Shown here one piece after another: positions 48,777-58,455 of a DNA stretch of 64,000 nucleotides. Origin of the DNA: an uncultured Planctomycetota bacterium. Its GTDB lineage: Bacteria > Planctomycetota > Planctomycetia > Pirellulales > Pirellulaceae. Positions within the stretch are counted from its first letter, which is position 1. Every line of letters begins with the position of its first letter. The stretch spans positions 27,938-91,937 of the forward strand of contig CAVXOB010000004.1 in NCBI GenBank assembly GCA_963763175.1. Direction: 5' to 3'. A model generated the notes under the pieces. The model did not search any database and was not told where the DNA came from. It saw only the letters and a program-made list of their open reading frames with translations. The position numbers were made by a program, and so were the translations under genes.

Positions 48777-49290
48777 TCAACACTCGTCCGCGATCACCGT
48801 TTTTGCATTTTGGCGAGCGGTGATCGCGTTGCGTTGAGCCACGAAGGCGAACATGCTTGAAACAAGTAATCCCACAACCAGCAATAAAATCATGGCCGCA
48901 CAAAGGCCAGCGACGGCCGGGTTCCGCCGGCACCAGCGCCACGTCCGCGTTGCCAGACCGATGGGCCGGGCATGAACCGGACGATCCGCTAGATACCGTT
49001 TCAAATCTTCCGCGAGCAATCGCGCCGAGCCGTAACGTCGGTGCGGCTCTTTGGACAAACACTGCCCCAATACTTGCGCCGTTGCAGTCAGTTCTTCGAA
49101 TGCTTCGTCCGGGCTGACGATCTTTGCCAAACCGAAATCTGTGATATGCGGCTGTCCGCCCGTATCGATCGAACCGTTGCGTTGTCGCCTTCTATGCTGA
49201 ATTGGACGAGACTCGCTATCGCGAGTAGCTCATCCACGAAGTCTCACAGACGGTATCCCGTGCCGCAGAGATCGACGACGAGATTACAGA
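48777..49290 (-). pseudogene. Decayed paralog of the downstream Ser/Thr kinase, retaining the kinase C-lobe and TM segment only
   Basis: ITDFGLAKIVSPDEAFEELTATAQVLGQCLSKEPHRRYGSARLLAEDLKRYLADRPVHARPIGLATRTWRWCRRNPAVAGL aligns with ITDFGLAK...CLNKEPHRRYGTAQELADDLRRFDERRPVLARPISGPAKVQRWTRRNPLVASL of the 50303 gene. About 65 aa are missing, from the activation loop to helix G. The catalytic loop is degraded (HRRRQRNG), and there is an in-frame stop at 49230-49232. Further upstream a frame-shifted remnant reads DFVDELLAIASL. Confidence 0.7.
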
Positions 49291-49412
49291 AATTTTAAAC
49301 CCCTCTCGCAGTAGCCTTACGCGAAGCAAATTAGTTGCAAGTCGCAATAGAAAAGCGGAGCATGATTCCTGGAATGGGCTCCGGTGGTTATGAAAACTTC
49401 GAGTAGAGAGTC

Positions 49413-49997
49413 ATGAATTCCAAACGACAACAGATTTCGCAGATTGAGAGTATGGAGCAATACCGTGAATACCTGCGATTGCTAGGACGGATGCAGGTGG
49501 AACCGCGTTTGGATGCCAAAGTCGATGTGTCCGGCGTGGTACAGGTGACGCTTTTGGAAGCATATCAGGAAAGGAATTCCTGGGAACCGCTCAGCGACGA
49601 CGGACGCTTAGCATGGCTGCGACGAGTGTTCGCCCACAATCTGTTGGACGAAATTCGACGCTTTCGAGCGCAAGCTCGTGATATCGATCGTGAGCAATCG
49701 TTTCAGCAAGATGTGGAAGTATCGGCTTCGCTTCTGGAGCATCTTTTGGTCGATCCTAGATCGTCACCGAGCCGCAAGGCGATGCGCAGTGAAGAGGCAA
49801 TGCGGTTGATGAAGGCCCTGGCTTGCTTGTCACCGACCCAGCGTCAGGCGATCGAAATGCACCATTTAAAGGGAATGCCGCTGGCGTTGGTCGGCGAGCG
49901 GATGCAGAAAGACAAGGGAGCCGTCGCAGCGCTGGTCTATCGCAGCACCAAGCGGCTACGAGAATTGCTGAAAGCCGAACCACAGGAGAAGACCTAG
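49413..49997 (+). CDS. ECF-type RNA polymerase sigma factor (kinase-associated type; no anti-sigma gene adjacent)
   Basis: 194 aa. The region 2-like segment is RLAWLRRVFAHNLLDEIRR. Region 4 is LSPTQRQAIEMHHLKGMPLALVGERMQKDKGAVAALVYRSTKRLRELL. Confidence 0.85.
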   Translation: MNSKRQQISQIESMEQYREYLRLLGRMQVEPRLDAKVDVSGVVQVTLLEAYQERNSWEPLSDDGRLAWLRRVFAHNLLDEIRRFRAQARDIDREQSFQQDVEVSASLLEHLLVDPRSSPSRKAMRSEEAMRLMKALACLSPTQRQAIEMHHLKGMPLALVGERMQKDKGAVAALVYRSTKRLRELLKAEPQEKT

Positions 49998-50132
49998 CCG
50001 CAAACCTATTTGTAGCGAAAGTCGTCAAGACTTTCGGAGTGGAGGTTGCCCAAAACTTTGACATTTTTCGCTTCGCCCACAAGCACATGAAATTTTTGCG
50101 TCATCCGCTGGCGTTGCTTGCCGCTTAACTTA

Positions 50133-50233
50133 GAGTCTATCCGAAAAGGGGTCTGACCCTCTCCGGCGGGGCCGGTACATACCGTCAAAATCGACTCGTC
50201 TCCAAAGGGTCAGACCCCTTTTCGGATAGGCTC
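50133..50233. repeat. Palindromic REP/MITE-like element, copy D (inverted orientation relative to copy C)
   Basis: The arms are GAGTCTATCCGAAAAGGGGTCTGACCCTCTCCGGCGGGGC and CGTCTCCAAAGGGTCAGACCCCTTTTCGGATAGGCTC. It lies between the sigma factor and the kinase gene. Confidence 0.8.
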
Positions 50234-50302
50234 TGAGTAACGCTAGAACAGGAACTAGCTCAGAAACGAGATTTCTTTTGTTACGACCCAATAGCAATAC
50301 TG

Positions 50303-53300
50303 ATGAAAGACCACATCGAACCCGACTCACTCGCCGATTCTGAGTTTCGGACTCTGCTGGTTGCCTGTTTAGAAAAACTCGAACGTGGCGAGTCGCTCAA
50401 TCGCGACACACTGCTCCGCGAGCATTCGCAGTACGCGAAGCCGCTTGCTGCATTCTTGGACGACCAGGAGATGCTGATGAGAATTGCATCGGGAATCCGC
50501 GACGCAGCCTGTGGGGACGCAAATCCGGCGAACCAGCCGACGATGGATTCGGTGTTTAAGAAACCGGAGTTTGAACTGGGAGATTCTGTTCGCTACATCG
50601 GCGAGTATGAAATTCTGGCCGAGATCGCCCGCGGCGGCATGGGGATTGTCTTCAAGGCGCGGCAGCAGAGTTTGAACCGAATCGTTGCCTTGAAAATGAT
50701 ATTGGCGGGCCGTTTGGCAGACCCCAGCGAGGTCGAGCGGTTTCGGCGCGAAGCGCGTGCCGCGGGCCGACTGAATCATCCGAGCATCGTCCCTATCTTT
50801 GAAATTGGTGAGTACGAAGGACGCCACTACTTCACGATGGAGTTTGTTGACGGTCCATCGTTGGCCGAGATCATTCGCCAAGAAACGCTGGCTCCTCGCA
50901 CCGCCGCGACATTGCTGCGAGATGTGGCCGAGGCGGTCCAGTATGCGCACCAGCAGGGAACGGTTCACCGCGACTTGAAGCCCGGCAATGTGTTGCTCAA
51001 AGGCAAAACATGTCCGCGGATCACCGATTTTGGATTGGCGAAATTACTCGAATCGGTTGACGAAGCCTCGCGCGCAGAACTCACTGCATCGGGACAGATC
51101 CTCGGAACTCCGAGTTATATGTCACCCGAGCAAGCCGCGGGCAAGCAAGCACTGGTGGGGCCGGCAGCGGACATCTATTCGCTCGGTGCGATCCTCTACG
51201 CCTGTCTCACCGGACGTGCTCCCTTTGTGGCCGATTCGCCCGTCGATACGCTGATGCAGGTGCTCAATAAAGATCCCGTTGCCCCCCGTACGCTCAATCC
51301 GTCGGTACCACGTGATTTGGAAACGATCTGTTTCAAATGTTTGAACAAAGAGCCACACCGCCGCTATGGCACCGCGCAGGAACTCGCCGATGATCTGAGA
51401 CGGTTTGACGAAAGAAGGCCGGTATTGGCTCGCCCGATCAGCGGCCCTGCCAAGGTTCAGCGATGGACGCGTCGAAATCCGTTGGTCGCTAGCTTGGTGA
51501 CATTGGCGGTGATTTTGTTAGTCGGAGGCACGGTCGTCTCTTCCTATTTTGCCGTCAAGGCAGAGCGTCGCGCCGACGCGGAAACCGTCCAACGAGAACG
51601 TGCTGATCGCGAGGCGGAAGCCGCCGAGGCCGCACGACGCGAGATGCAGAACGCGTTGGTTCTGGAAGAGTCAGCTCGAGCTGATGCGGAAGCCGCCCAT
51701 GATGAACAGGCCAAGGCGAGGCGATTGGCCGAGCAAGCGTTGGCGGGAGAAACGCTCGCCCGCCGACAAGCTGACCATGCCGCTCGAGCGGCGCAATGGG
51801 AGTCCTATGTCGCCAAGCTGCAACCACTGCGGCAAGCGTCGATGGAAAAGGAATGGGGGCACCTCGATCGATTGCTCGGTGAGATGATCCCAGCGAAAAA
51901 CCAACCCGACTATCGCGGTTGGGAATGGTATTTTTTTCAGGATCAGGTTCACGCAATCACGTCAAAACTGGGTGAAACCGAACGAACCGCTGGCAATTTC
52001 ATTCTTGACGCCCCACGTGACCGTTTGTTCGCCTGGACCGGGGGAAAGTTGAAAATCTGGAGCCTTGGTACCAAGACGATCGAAAAGGTGCTGTCCATTC
52101 CCCCGCTTCATGTCGAGACCGTTTCACTTTCTCCCAATGGCAAGTACTTAGTGGGCGGTGATTGGACGCCGAAACGCGGGCTTGTCTGGGACGTGGACGC
52201 GGACAAACTGCTAATGGAACTCCAGGTCGAACCGAATGAGAAGGGGCCTGAGACAGGTTCCAAGAAAGGACCGACTTTGTGGGCGACCGCCTGGAATCCT
52301 GACGGTTCGCAATGGGCAACCGCCAGCCGTGATGGCGAGATCCGGATTTGGAAGACGAGCGATTGGAGTCTCGATAAAGTTCTACAACAGCGAAGCCATC
52401 GAAACACAATTGGCAACATGGACTGGAACGCCCATTCAGGGCTAGCGACGGGGCATCGCTTCGGTTGGTTTCGGATTTGGGATGTCGATGCGGGTAAAGT
52501 ACTTCATACAGCCAAGTGTGGAAATTCTATTTTGGAGTGCGTGAAGTGGAATCCGTCGGGTACACGACTCGCACTGGCAACCGAAGGGTTAGACGTTTTT
52601 ACCAACGAAGCAAAACGTGTTAGCGAACGCCTGCAGGCCGGCCTAACCACGGCGGTCGCGTGGCTTGACGATGAGATTTTGGCGGCAGGCGGGCGTGACC
52701 AAGACGTTCGAGTCTGCTCCTCCAAGAATCTTGCGGACTTCAAGCGGCTCCGTGTTCATTCAGGCCAAATTCGCTCGCTGGCATTTCTGGACGATCAAGT
52801 CATCATCAGTGGTGCCGACGATGAGGGCATTCGGCTGACCCGATTGGACGTCGAGCATCCCGCGATACAGAAGTTCCAAGCACATCAAGATCGTGCGACG
52901 GAGGTGGAGTGGAGTCCCGATGGAACACAGTTGGCGACCTCGGGGTGGGACGGCCATGTCTGTGTTTGGGATGCCGGGACACTGAGCCTTATGACAAAAG
53001 TGGGCGAATCCCACACTTGGGTTTGGGATGTTGCTTGGGACAACGCCGGTGATCGGCTGGCATCGATCGAACATCGAGGACGACTTGACATTTGGAATGC
53101 CGACGAAGGGACACTGATCGAGCAGTTGCAGGTAGCGAATCTCGATCATCCGCGACTTGATTGGCGCCCGGCGAACGACTTTCTGATCCTGGGCGGCAGG
53201 CGCTCGCAGATCATTAGTACGTCACCGTTGAAATCCATCTGGACCGACGACTCAACTAACCGTGGTTGGCGAATTGAATATCAGATCGGTCCTAATCAAA

Positions 53301-54499
53301 AGCGTGCCGCCGGCATTGGTGAGAATGGCAGGTTTGTCGTGATTGATTTGGAACAACGAAAGGTAATCAAGGACCTGTACTTAGGTGATACCGGAACTGG
53401 TGCAGGTGCGTGGAGTCCTGATGGAACTCGATTCGTCGCCGCCGGTACGGACATGTCAATCATCGACATGAACTCACTGGAGCGAATCGATCGTCTCGAG
53501 GGACATCGCGGTGCGGTGGGCGGCGTTTGCTTCAATCCCACCGGGACGCGAATCGCTTCTAGTGGAAACAATGGCATGGTCTATTTCTGGGACGTGAAAA
53601 CCGGTGACTTACTCGTTCGCATCCCGCTCACTGATGGCGCATTAGGAGCGATTGATTGGTCGCCCAACGGACACCGACTGGCGACAGTCAATTCACAGGG
53701 AGAATTGATCGTGATGGGAACGCCCACACTGGACGACCATCACGACAAGCTCGACGTGCTCAGCGACTACGTCATGACGCCCGAGGAAGAGTTGACGCTG
53801 CTTAGTCAAGCGATCCGTGGCAAACCTGACAACGGCGAGTGTTGGCAGAAACGCGGTTTATGGTTTGCGACCCACCAACGTTGGTCGGAAGCTTCATCGG
53901 ACCTCCAGCAAGCGACGCAGGCCTCACCAGGTTCGAGTTGGTATCGTTGTGAAGCCGCGACGGCGGCCTGGATGGCGGGAGACCGCAAAGCATACACGGA
54001 TCAGGTCCAAGCAAACCTCGATAAACTGCCGAAATACGACTTCTCCAGCGAAACAGTGACCGGTGCTTACCTGGCACAAACTGCGGCACTCGATGAGACG
54101 TTTGCCAATGACTTCGAAAGCTTACTACCGCTGGCTGAACGTTTCGCCCAAAAAAATCCCAGCTCGATCTATTGCCAACGTTCCTTGATCTTGCTGACGT
54201 ATCGGTTAGGAAACTACGAACAGGTGCTAGAGCGATTGCAACCGCACCTTGATCGCCGAGCGTACGGCAACATGCAGATTTACGAGCAGATTTTCGTCGA
54301 CTGTTTGCAAGCGTTGGCACTGCAGCACCTGGGCGAGGATACCGAGGCACGACATGCGTTATCCAAAGCCGAAGCGACTGCCGCACAAGCTTGGCCCAAT
54401 CCAATGGACAAAACAAGGGTCATAGAGGCGGGACTAAGGATTGTGCCCGTGAAAGCACTTCTCGCTGAGGCCAAGAAACTCATCCACCACGCTGATTGA
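50303..54499 (+). CDS. Ser/Thr protein kinase with TM helix, coiled coil, WD40 beta-propeller repeats and C-terminal TPR-like region
   Basis: 1398 aa. Kinase motifs are GGMGIVFKA, VALKMI, HRDLKPGNVL, ITDFGLAK and GTPSYMSPEQ. The TM segment is LVASLVTLAVILLVGGTVVSSYF. An Ala/Glu/Arg-rich coiled coil follows. There are many WD-type repeats (...SGWDGHVCVWD, ...SSGNNGMVYFWD). Confidence 0.9.
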   Translation: MKDHIEPDSLADSEFRTLLVACLEKLERGESLNRDTLLREHSQYAKPLAAFLDDQEMLMRIASGIRDAACGDANPANQPTMDSVFKKPEFELGDSVRYIGEYEILAEIARGGMGIVFKARQQSLNRIVALKMILAGRLADPSEVERFRREARAAGRLNHPSIVPIFEIGEYEGRHYFTMEFVDGPSLAEIIRQETLAPRTAATLLRDVAEAVQYAHQQGTVHRDLKPGNVLLKGKTCPRITDFGLAKLLESVDEASRAELTASGQILGTPSYMSPEQAAGKQALVGPAADIYSLGAILYACLTGRAPFVADSPVDTLMQVLNKDPVAPRTLNPSVPRDLETICFKCLNKEPHRRYGTAQELADDLRRFDERRPVLARPISGPAKVQRWTRRNPLVASLVTLAVILLVGGTVVSSYFAVKAERRADAETVQRERADREAEAAEAARREMQNALVLEESARADAEAAHDEQAKARRLAEQALAGETLARRQADHAARAAQWESYVAKLQPLRQASMEKEWGHLDRLLGEMIPAKNQPDYRGWEWYFFQDQVHAITSKLGETERTAGNFILDAPRDRLFAWTGGKLKIWSLGTKTIEKVLSIPPLHVETVSLSPNGKYLVGGDWTPKRGLVWDVDADKLLMELQVEPNEKGPETGSKKGPTLWATAWNPDGSQWATASRDGEIRIWKTSDWSLDKVLQQRSHRNTIGNMDWNAHSGLATGHRFGWFRIWDVDAGKVLHTAKCGNSILECVKWNPSGTRLALATEGLDVFTNEAKRVSERLQAGLTTAVAWLDDEILAAGGRDQDVRVCSSKNLADFKRLRVHSGQIRSLAFLDDQVIISGADDEGIRLTRLDVEHPAIQKFQAHQDRATEVEWSPDGTQLATSGWDGHVCVWDAGTLSLMTKVGESHTWVWDVAWDNAGDRLASIEHRGRLDIWNADEGTLIEQLQVANLDHPRLDWRPANDFLILGGRRSQIISTSPLKSIWTDDSTNRGWRIEYQIGPNQKRAAGIGENGRFVVIDLEQRKVIKDLYLGDTGTGAGAWSPDGTRFVAAGTDMSIIDMNSLERIDRLEGHRGAVGGVCFNPTGTRIASSGNNGMVYFWDVKTGDLLVRIPLTDGALGAIDWSPNGHRLATVNSQGELIVMGTPTLDDHHDKLDVLSDYVMTPEEELTLLSQAIRGKPDNGECWQKRGLWFATHQRWSEASSDLQQATQASPGSSWYRCEAATAAWMAGDRKAYTDQVQANLDKLPKYDFSSETVTGAYLAQTAALDETFANDFESLLPLAERFAQKNPSSIYCQRSLILLTYRLGNYEQVLERLQPHLDRRAYGNMQIYEQIFVDCLQALALQHLGEDTEARHALSKAEATAAQAWPNPMDKTRVIEAGLRIVPVKALLAEAKKLIHHAD

Positions 54500-54542
54500 C
54501 GACGACGAGCAAACGCAAAACTTATATAGGAATGGGAAAGCG

Positions 54543-55787
54543 ATGAAAGAGAGTTCGAAGTCGAATCCGTGGCGTTCCATGACCAACAAGCCGCTTAAGT
54601 GGACGTTGCTTGTCATCGCGACGGTCGCGCCCATGACCCTGGTCCTGCTTTGGCACCATTTCCAACCAAGGATGCCTTGGAATGCAGGCCAAGTCGCGCC
54701 GGCTCCGCAGGACGCACGTACAACGCAGGAACTGCTTGAGGATGGGCGCCGTGTCCTTGAGTCCACCGATACGGAACTTGCCAAACAGGAGCAGTTTCTA
54801 GATGTTGATGAACGTGTTCAGCAACTCGTTGCCGCAGAAAAGCTAGACGAAGCCCGGGAGTTTCTCGATCAACAAATTGTTGATGCACCGGCCAACGAAC
54901 TTCTTCCGAAGTTGTATACAAGGATCGCCGTTGCGAATCGGCAGAGCGGCTCGGCGATGATGCCCGAAGTAACATTGATCGATCCCGGCATGCCCCCTCG
55001 CCAGAAAATTCGATTCACGCCAACAGTAGGCGAACAGCAAACCATCATCATGACCATCGCGACGAGCGTGACCACGACGGACGATGGAAGTGCGACGACG
55101 ACGGAAGCCATCCCAACTCAGAGAGTAACGCTCCACACCACGGTCAAAGACATCAATGCAGATGGGGACATCACGTTTGACTTTATCTTTACCAACATCG
55201 AGGTTGTCGATGATGCCCAAACTTCTTCAGTAATCTCTCGCAAAATGATCAATCCGCTGATTGGAATCAATGGTTTACAAACCGTTTCCAATCGTGGAAT
55301 TACTCAGCACGCCGAATTTAGTATCCCGCCAAATATTGATCCGCAGCTGAAGAAGATACTCGATGGAATGAAGGACCCGATCAACCGAACTTGCTCACCA
55401 ATGCCCAGCGAAGCGGTCGGATTGGGTGCCAAGTGGAAAATTACAGAAGACTCGAAATCCAACGGAATTGCAATGGTTTCGACCTCCACGCATGAAATCA
55501 CCAAACTCGAACCCGATGGCTTCACGATGAAGATTCATGTTTCGCAAACCGCACCAGCGCAGGGACTGAAGGACCCGTCATTGCCTGCAGGAATGAGTCT
55601 GTCGCTCCAATCGCTTAAATCCGAGGGCGAGGCAACAACCATCATCGAAACCAATTCCATGCTTCAAGTTAAATCGGCAATCACGCTCGACTCGAACAGC
55701 CTGATGAGCATCGAAACGGGAGGCCAGACGCAACAATTCGACGTCCACACAACGACGAGAATAGATGTAGAAAGCAAACGCGAATGA
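54543..55787 (+). CDS. Hypothetical membrane-anchored periplasmic protein
   Basis: 414 aa. The N-terminal TM is WTLLVIATVAPMTLVLLW and the C-terminal domain looks beta-rich. No family is recognised with confidence. Confidence 0.6.
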   Translation: MKESSKSNPWRSMTNKPLKWTLLVIATVAPMTLVLLWHHFQPRMPWNAGQVAPAPQDARTTQELLEDGRRVLESTDTELAKQEQFLDVDERVQQLVAAEKLDEAREFLDQQIVDAPANELLPKLYTRIAVANRQSGSAMMPEVTLIDPGMPPRQKIRFTPTVGEQQTIIMTIATSVTTTDDGSATTTEAIPTQRVTLHTTVKDINADGDITFDFIFTNIEVVDDAQTSSVISRKMINPLIGINGLQTVSNRGITQHAEFSIPPNIDPQLKKILDGMKDPINRTCSPMPSEAVGLGAKWKITEDSKSNGIAMVSTSTHEITKLEPDGFTMKIHVSQTAPAQGLKDPSLPAGMSLSLQSLKSEGEATTIIETNSMLQVKSAITLDSNSLMSIETGGQTQQFDVHTTTRIDVESKRE

Positions 55788-55873
55788 GCGACGAAGACCA
55801 TGACAACTCGGCAAGAACCTTGGCATTTCCACCAACGTTACACGAAGCCAAAACTTTACACAGGAAAAATACC

Positions 55874-56233
55874 ATGAGGTTTGTTCATAACCAACGGATT
55901 CCGGATCGGGAACCTGATAGGCGATTCTGCTTTTCCTACATCGCGTCGTCACTGCTACTGTGCCTCGCGATCAGCATGCCCGGCTGCGGTGACAACCCAG
56001 GGACGCGTTCACTCACTGAAGTTGCTCGACGGATCAAGCGAGTTCTTAAAGAAAAGGGACTCAAGGTTACCGACGTCACGGTGACTGCCAAGCCAGAGCG
56101 TGACTTAGCAGGGTGGAGTCATCAGTCGGAAGGGACAGGGCATCTTGTACATGGATTCTTTAGACGCTCAAATATGGATACCTCATGGATACCTCACAGA
56201 CAAAACAATCGGCCAGCTCCTTCACCAGTGTAG
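55874..56233 (+). CDS. Small hypothetical protein, possible lipoprotein
   Basis: ATG 55874 is preceded by AGGAAA. The hydrophobic segment ends ...LAISMPGCG, a weak lipobox. It overlaps the next ORF by 49 nt, so one of the two models may be wrong. Confidence 0.35.
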   Translation: MRFVHNQRIPDREPDRRFCFSYIASSLLLCLAISMPGCGDNPGTRSLTEVARRIKRVLKEKGLKVTDVTVTAKPERDLAGWSHQSEGTGHLVHGFFRRSNMDTSWIPHRQNNRPAPSPV

Positions 56234-56703
56234 TATGGTCGTGGTTATTGGGATCTTGGTTCTTGAACTATTTGGTCGCAGGATCGCCTGTTCCTGTCGC
56301 GGGATTAGCCGCTATCATCTCTCTGATTTTCGCGTTTTTCTTTCTCTACACCTGGTCCTTATCAGCTTCCGTCAACAGACAGCGTTTTCAAAAGCTCCAA
56401 GCAAAACGTGGACATAGGATTGCTCTATCGGTTGTAGAGGCATTGACCATACTTTGGAGCGCCACCGGTTTGGGAGCGTTGGTCGTGTGGTTTTGGATGG
56501 TCGATTTGGAACAGGTAGCGGGAAAGGCAATGCAACAAGCGCACGAGAAGATACCGCTCATTTTTTGGCTTGCCATCGCCGGTGCAGTCATCATAGGTGG
56601 GTGGCTTTCATTCTTGACAATTCTCGCTGCAGTGAAGGCCGAGTCGGTCGCGAACAATGATTCGGAAATTCAACCTGAAAAGGCGAGCCCCGGAGAGGAT
56701 TGA
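56185..56703 (+). CDS. Hypothetical 4-TM membrane protein
   Basis: 172 aa with four clear hydrophobic helices. No family is recognised. Confidence 0.5.
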   Translation: MDTSQTKQSASSFTSVVWSWLLGSWFLNYLVAGSPVPVAGLAAIISLIFAFFFLYTWSLSASVNRQRFQKLQAKRGHRIALSVVEALTILWSATGLGALVVWFWMVDLEQVAGKAMQQAHEKIPLIFWLAIAGAVIIGGWLSFLTILAAVKAESVANNDSEIQPEKASPGED

Positions 56704-56807
56704 AAGTCTGTGTCGACGACCGCGTCTAACAAATCGCTCAACCGGAGCACCCTTGGCGGGCTATGCACTTTGGATAATCCGTCGGAGTTGATTAGGAAGT
56801 AGAGAGA

Positions 56808-57191
56808 ATGACGAAACATAGACCAGTCATGTCGATCACCGCGGCAGGGGTTGTGATCCTTTCCATAGGTTTCATCCTTCTGAGTCCACTTGCTCGCCGG
56901 ATGGTTCGTTTCGAAGGAAATGTTCATGTCGACGACGTCGCCGCATTATTGGTTTCTCTGGTCATGGTCAATGCGGCATTCATCCTCGGTGTGATCAGCG
57001 TTTGCGCATGCTGTCAACTCGCTAAGCGATTAGGCTACGATCCGATGCTCGGCCTGGCACTACTGTGTCCAGGTGTCAATCTGGCGGTCTTCTATTACAT
57101 CGCATTCCGCGAGTCCCCCATCGAAACCGCTCTACGTCGTGCGCAGCGACGAGAGGATCAAAGAACCAAACATGAAGCGAATTTACATTAG
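56808..57191 (+). CDS. Hypothetical 3-TM membrane protein
   Basis: 127 aa with three hydrophobic helices and a basic C-terminus. Confidence 0.5.
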   Translation: MTKHRPVMSITAAGVVILSIGFILLSPLARRMVRFEGNVHVDDVAALLVSLVMVNAAFILGVISVCACCQLAKRLGYDPMLGLALLCPGVNLAVFYYIAFRESPIETALRRAQRREDQRTKHEANLH

Positions 57192-57346
57192 AATCGTGCC
57201 GCGGGCATTCTGTGCTTTACAATTCGTGCGGTGCCTCTGATTTGAAATGTTCGCCTCGAATGAATCTTAACTTGTGATGATAGGACTCGCTCAGCAGCAC
57301 CCACGGACGCTTCCCCGCGTCGGCCCCGGGACGCCCCAGCGGCGGG

Positions 57347-58330
57347 TCACTTGCTGATCTTGCACTTCGGCAACGCCTTCTGAAGTTCCTTCACCCCGTC
57401 GTCCGTCACCTGCGTGCGGCCCAGATCAAGTTTGGTGAGTTCCTTGAGCGGGGCCAATTCCTTCAACCCTGTGTCCGTCACCTGCGTCCCCTGCAAGTTG
57501 AGGTCAGTGAGGTTCGTGAGTGGGGTCAGGTGCTTCAGCCCCGCACCCGTTACCTGAGTTTCGTCCAAACTGAGGTCCTTGAGTTGCTTGAGCGGGGCCA
57601 GTTCCTTCAGCCCTATGTCCGTCACCTTCGTGCGGCCCAAGTAGAGGGTGGTGAGGTTCGTGAGCGGGACCAATTCCTGCAGCCCTGCGTCCGTCACCTG
57701 CGTCTTGTGCAGACTGAGGTCCTTGAGTTTCTTGAGTGGGGCCAGTTCCTTCAGCCCTGTGTCCGTCACCTTCGTGAAGCTCAGGCTGAGAGTAGTGAGG
57801 TTCTTAAGCGGTGCCAGGTCCTTGAGCCCCGCGTCCGTCACCTGCGTGTTCCACAGATAGAGGGTGGTGAGGTTCCTGAGCGGGGCCAGTTCCTTCAGCC
57901 CGGTGCCCGTTAGCCCCGTGCCGTCCAGGTCGAGTGTGGTGAGGTTCTTGAGCGGGGCCAGTTCCTTGAGCCCCACATCCGTCACCTGCGTGTAACCCAC
58001 GTAGAGTGTGGTGAGGTTCTTGAGCGGTGCCAGGTGCTTCAGCCCCGCGCCCGTCACCTGCGTGCCGTATAAGTAAAGGGTGATGAGATTATTGAGAGGG
58101 GCCAGTTCTTTGAGCCCCGCGTCCGTCACCTGCGTGCCCGCCAAAGACACTTCAACGACCGGTTTTCCGGGGGCCTTGTCGTCGCGGGTGACCCTGCCGC
58201 CGAGATTCTCCACGAATGCGACGGCACCGGCTTCGGCTTCATCCGCCCGCGCCGCGGGCCCCGCGAGCACACCGGACACCATCACAGCAATAGCCGCGAG
58301 TCGGAACATGAGCTTTTTCTGATTGAACAC
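57347..58330 (-). CDS. Secreted leucine-rich-repeat protein (about 10-11 repeats of 24 aa), paralog 1
   Basis: The repeat unit is LKELAPLKNLTTLxLxxTQVTDAG (72-nt periodicity). The signal peptide is MFRLAAIAVMVSGVLAGPAARA. The likely start is GTG 58330, preceded by AGGAGA and homologous to the start of paralog 2. The C-terminus is ELQKALPKCKISK. Confidence 0.8.
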   Translation of the reverse strand: MFNQKKLMFRLAAIAVMVSGVLAGPAARADEAEAGAVAFVENLGGRVTRDDKAPGKPVVEVSLAGTQVTDAGLKELAPLNNLITLYLYGTQVTGAGLKHLAPLKNLTTLYVGYTQVTDVGLKELAPLKNLTTLDLDGTGLTGTGLKELAPLRNLTTLYLWNTQVTDAGLKDLAPLKNLTTLSLSFTKVTDTGLKELAPLKKLKDLSLHKTQVTDAGLQELVPLTNLTTLYLGRTKVTDIGLKELAPLKQLKDLSLDETQVTGAGLKHLTPLTNLTDLNLQGTQVTDTGLKELAPLKELTKLDLGRTQVTDDGVKELQKALPKCKISK

Positions 58331-58455
58331 GAGCTTCTCCTGATCAAAGGTGAGTTGATCTCCTTGGAAACGACCCCGCAGCAGACGCCGGGACAACGGT
58401 CCTCGCGGTTTTGCGAGTGCGGAGCGACCGGAGAGAGCGTGGTCCACGCAGCGGG

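Noticed and set aside
50369-50968. 199-aa ORF antisense to the kinase domain (also 53802-54416, 204 aa)
   Set aside because: The plus strand carries all canonical kinase subdomains and TPR-like repeats. These are shadow ORFs.
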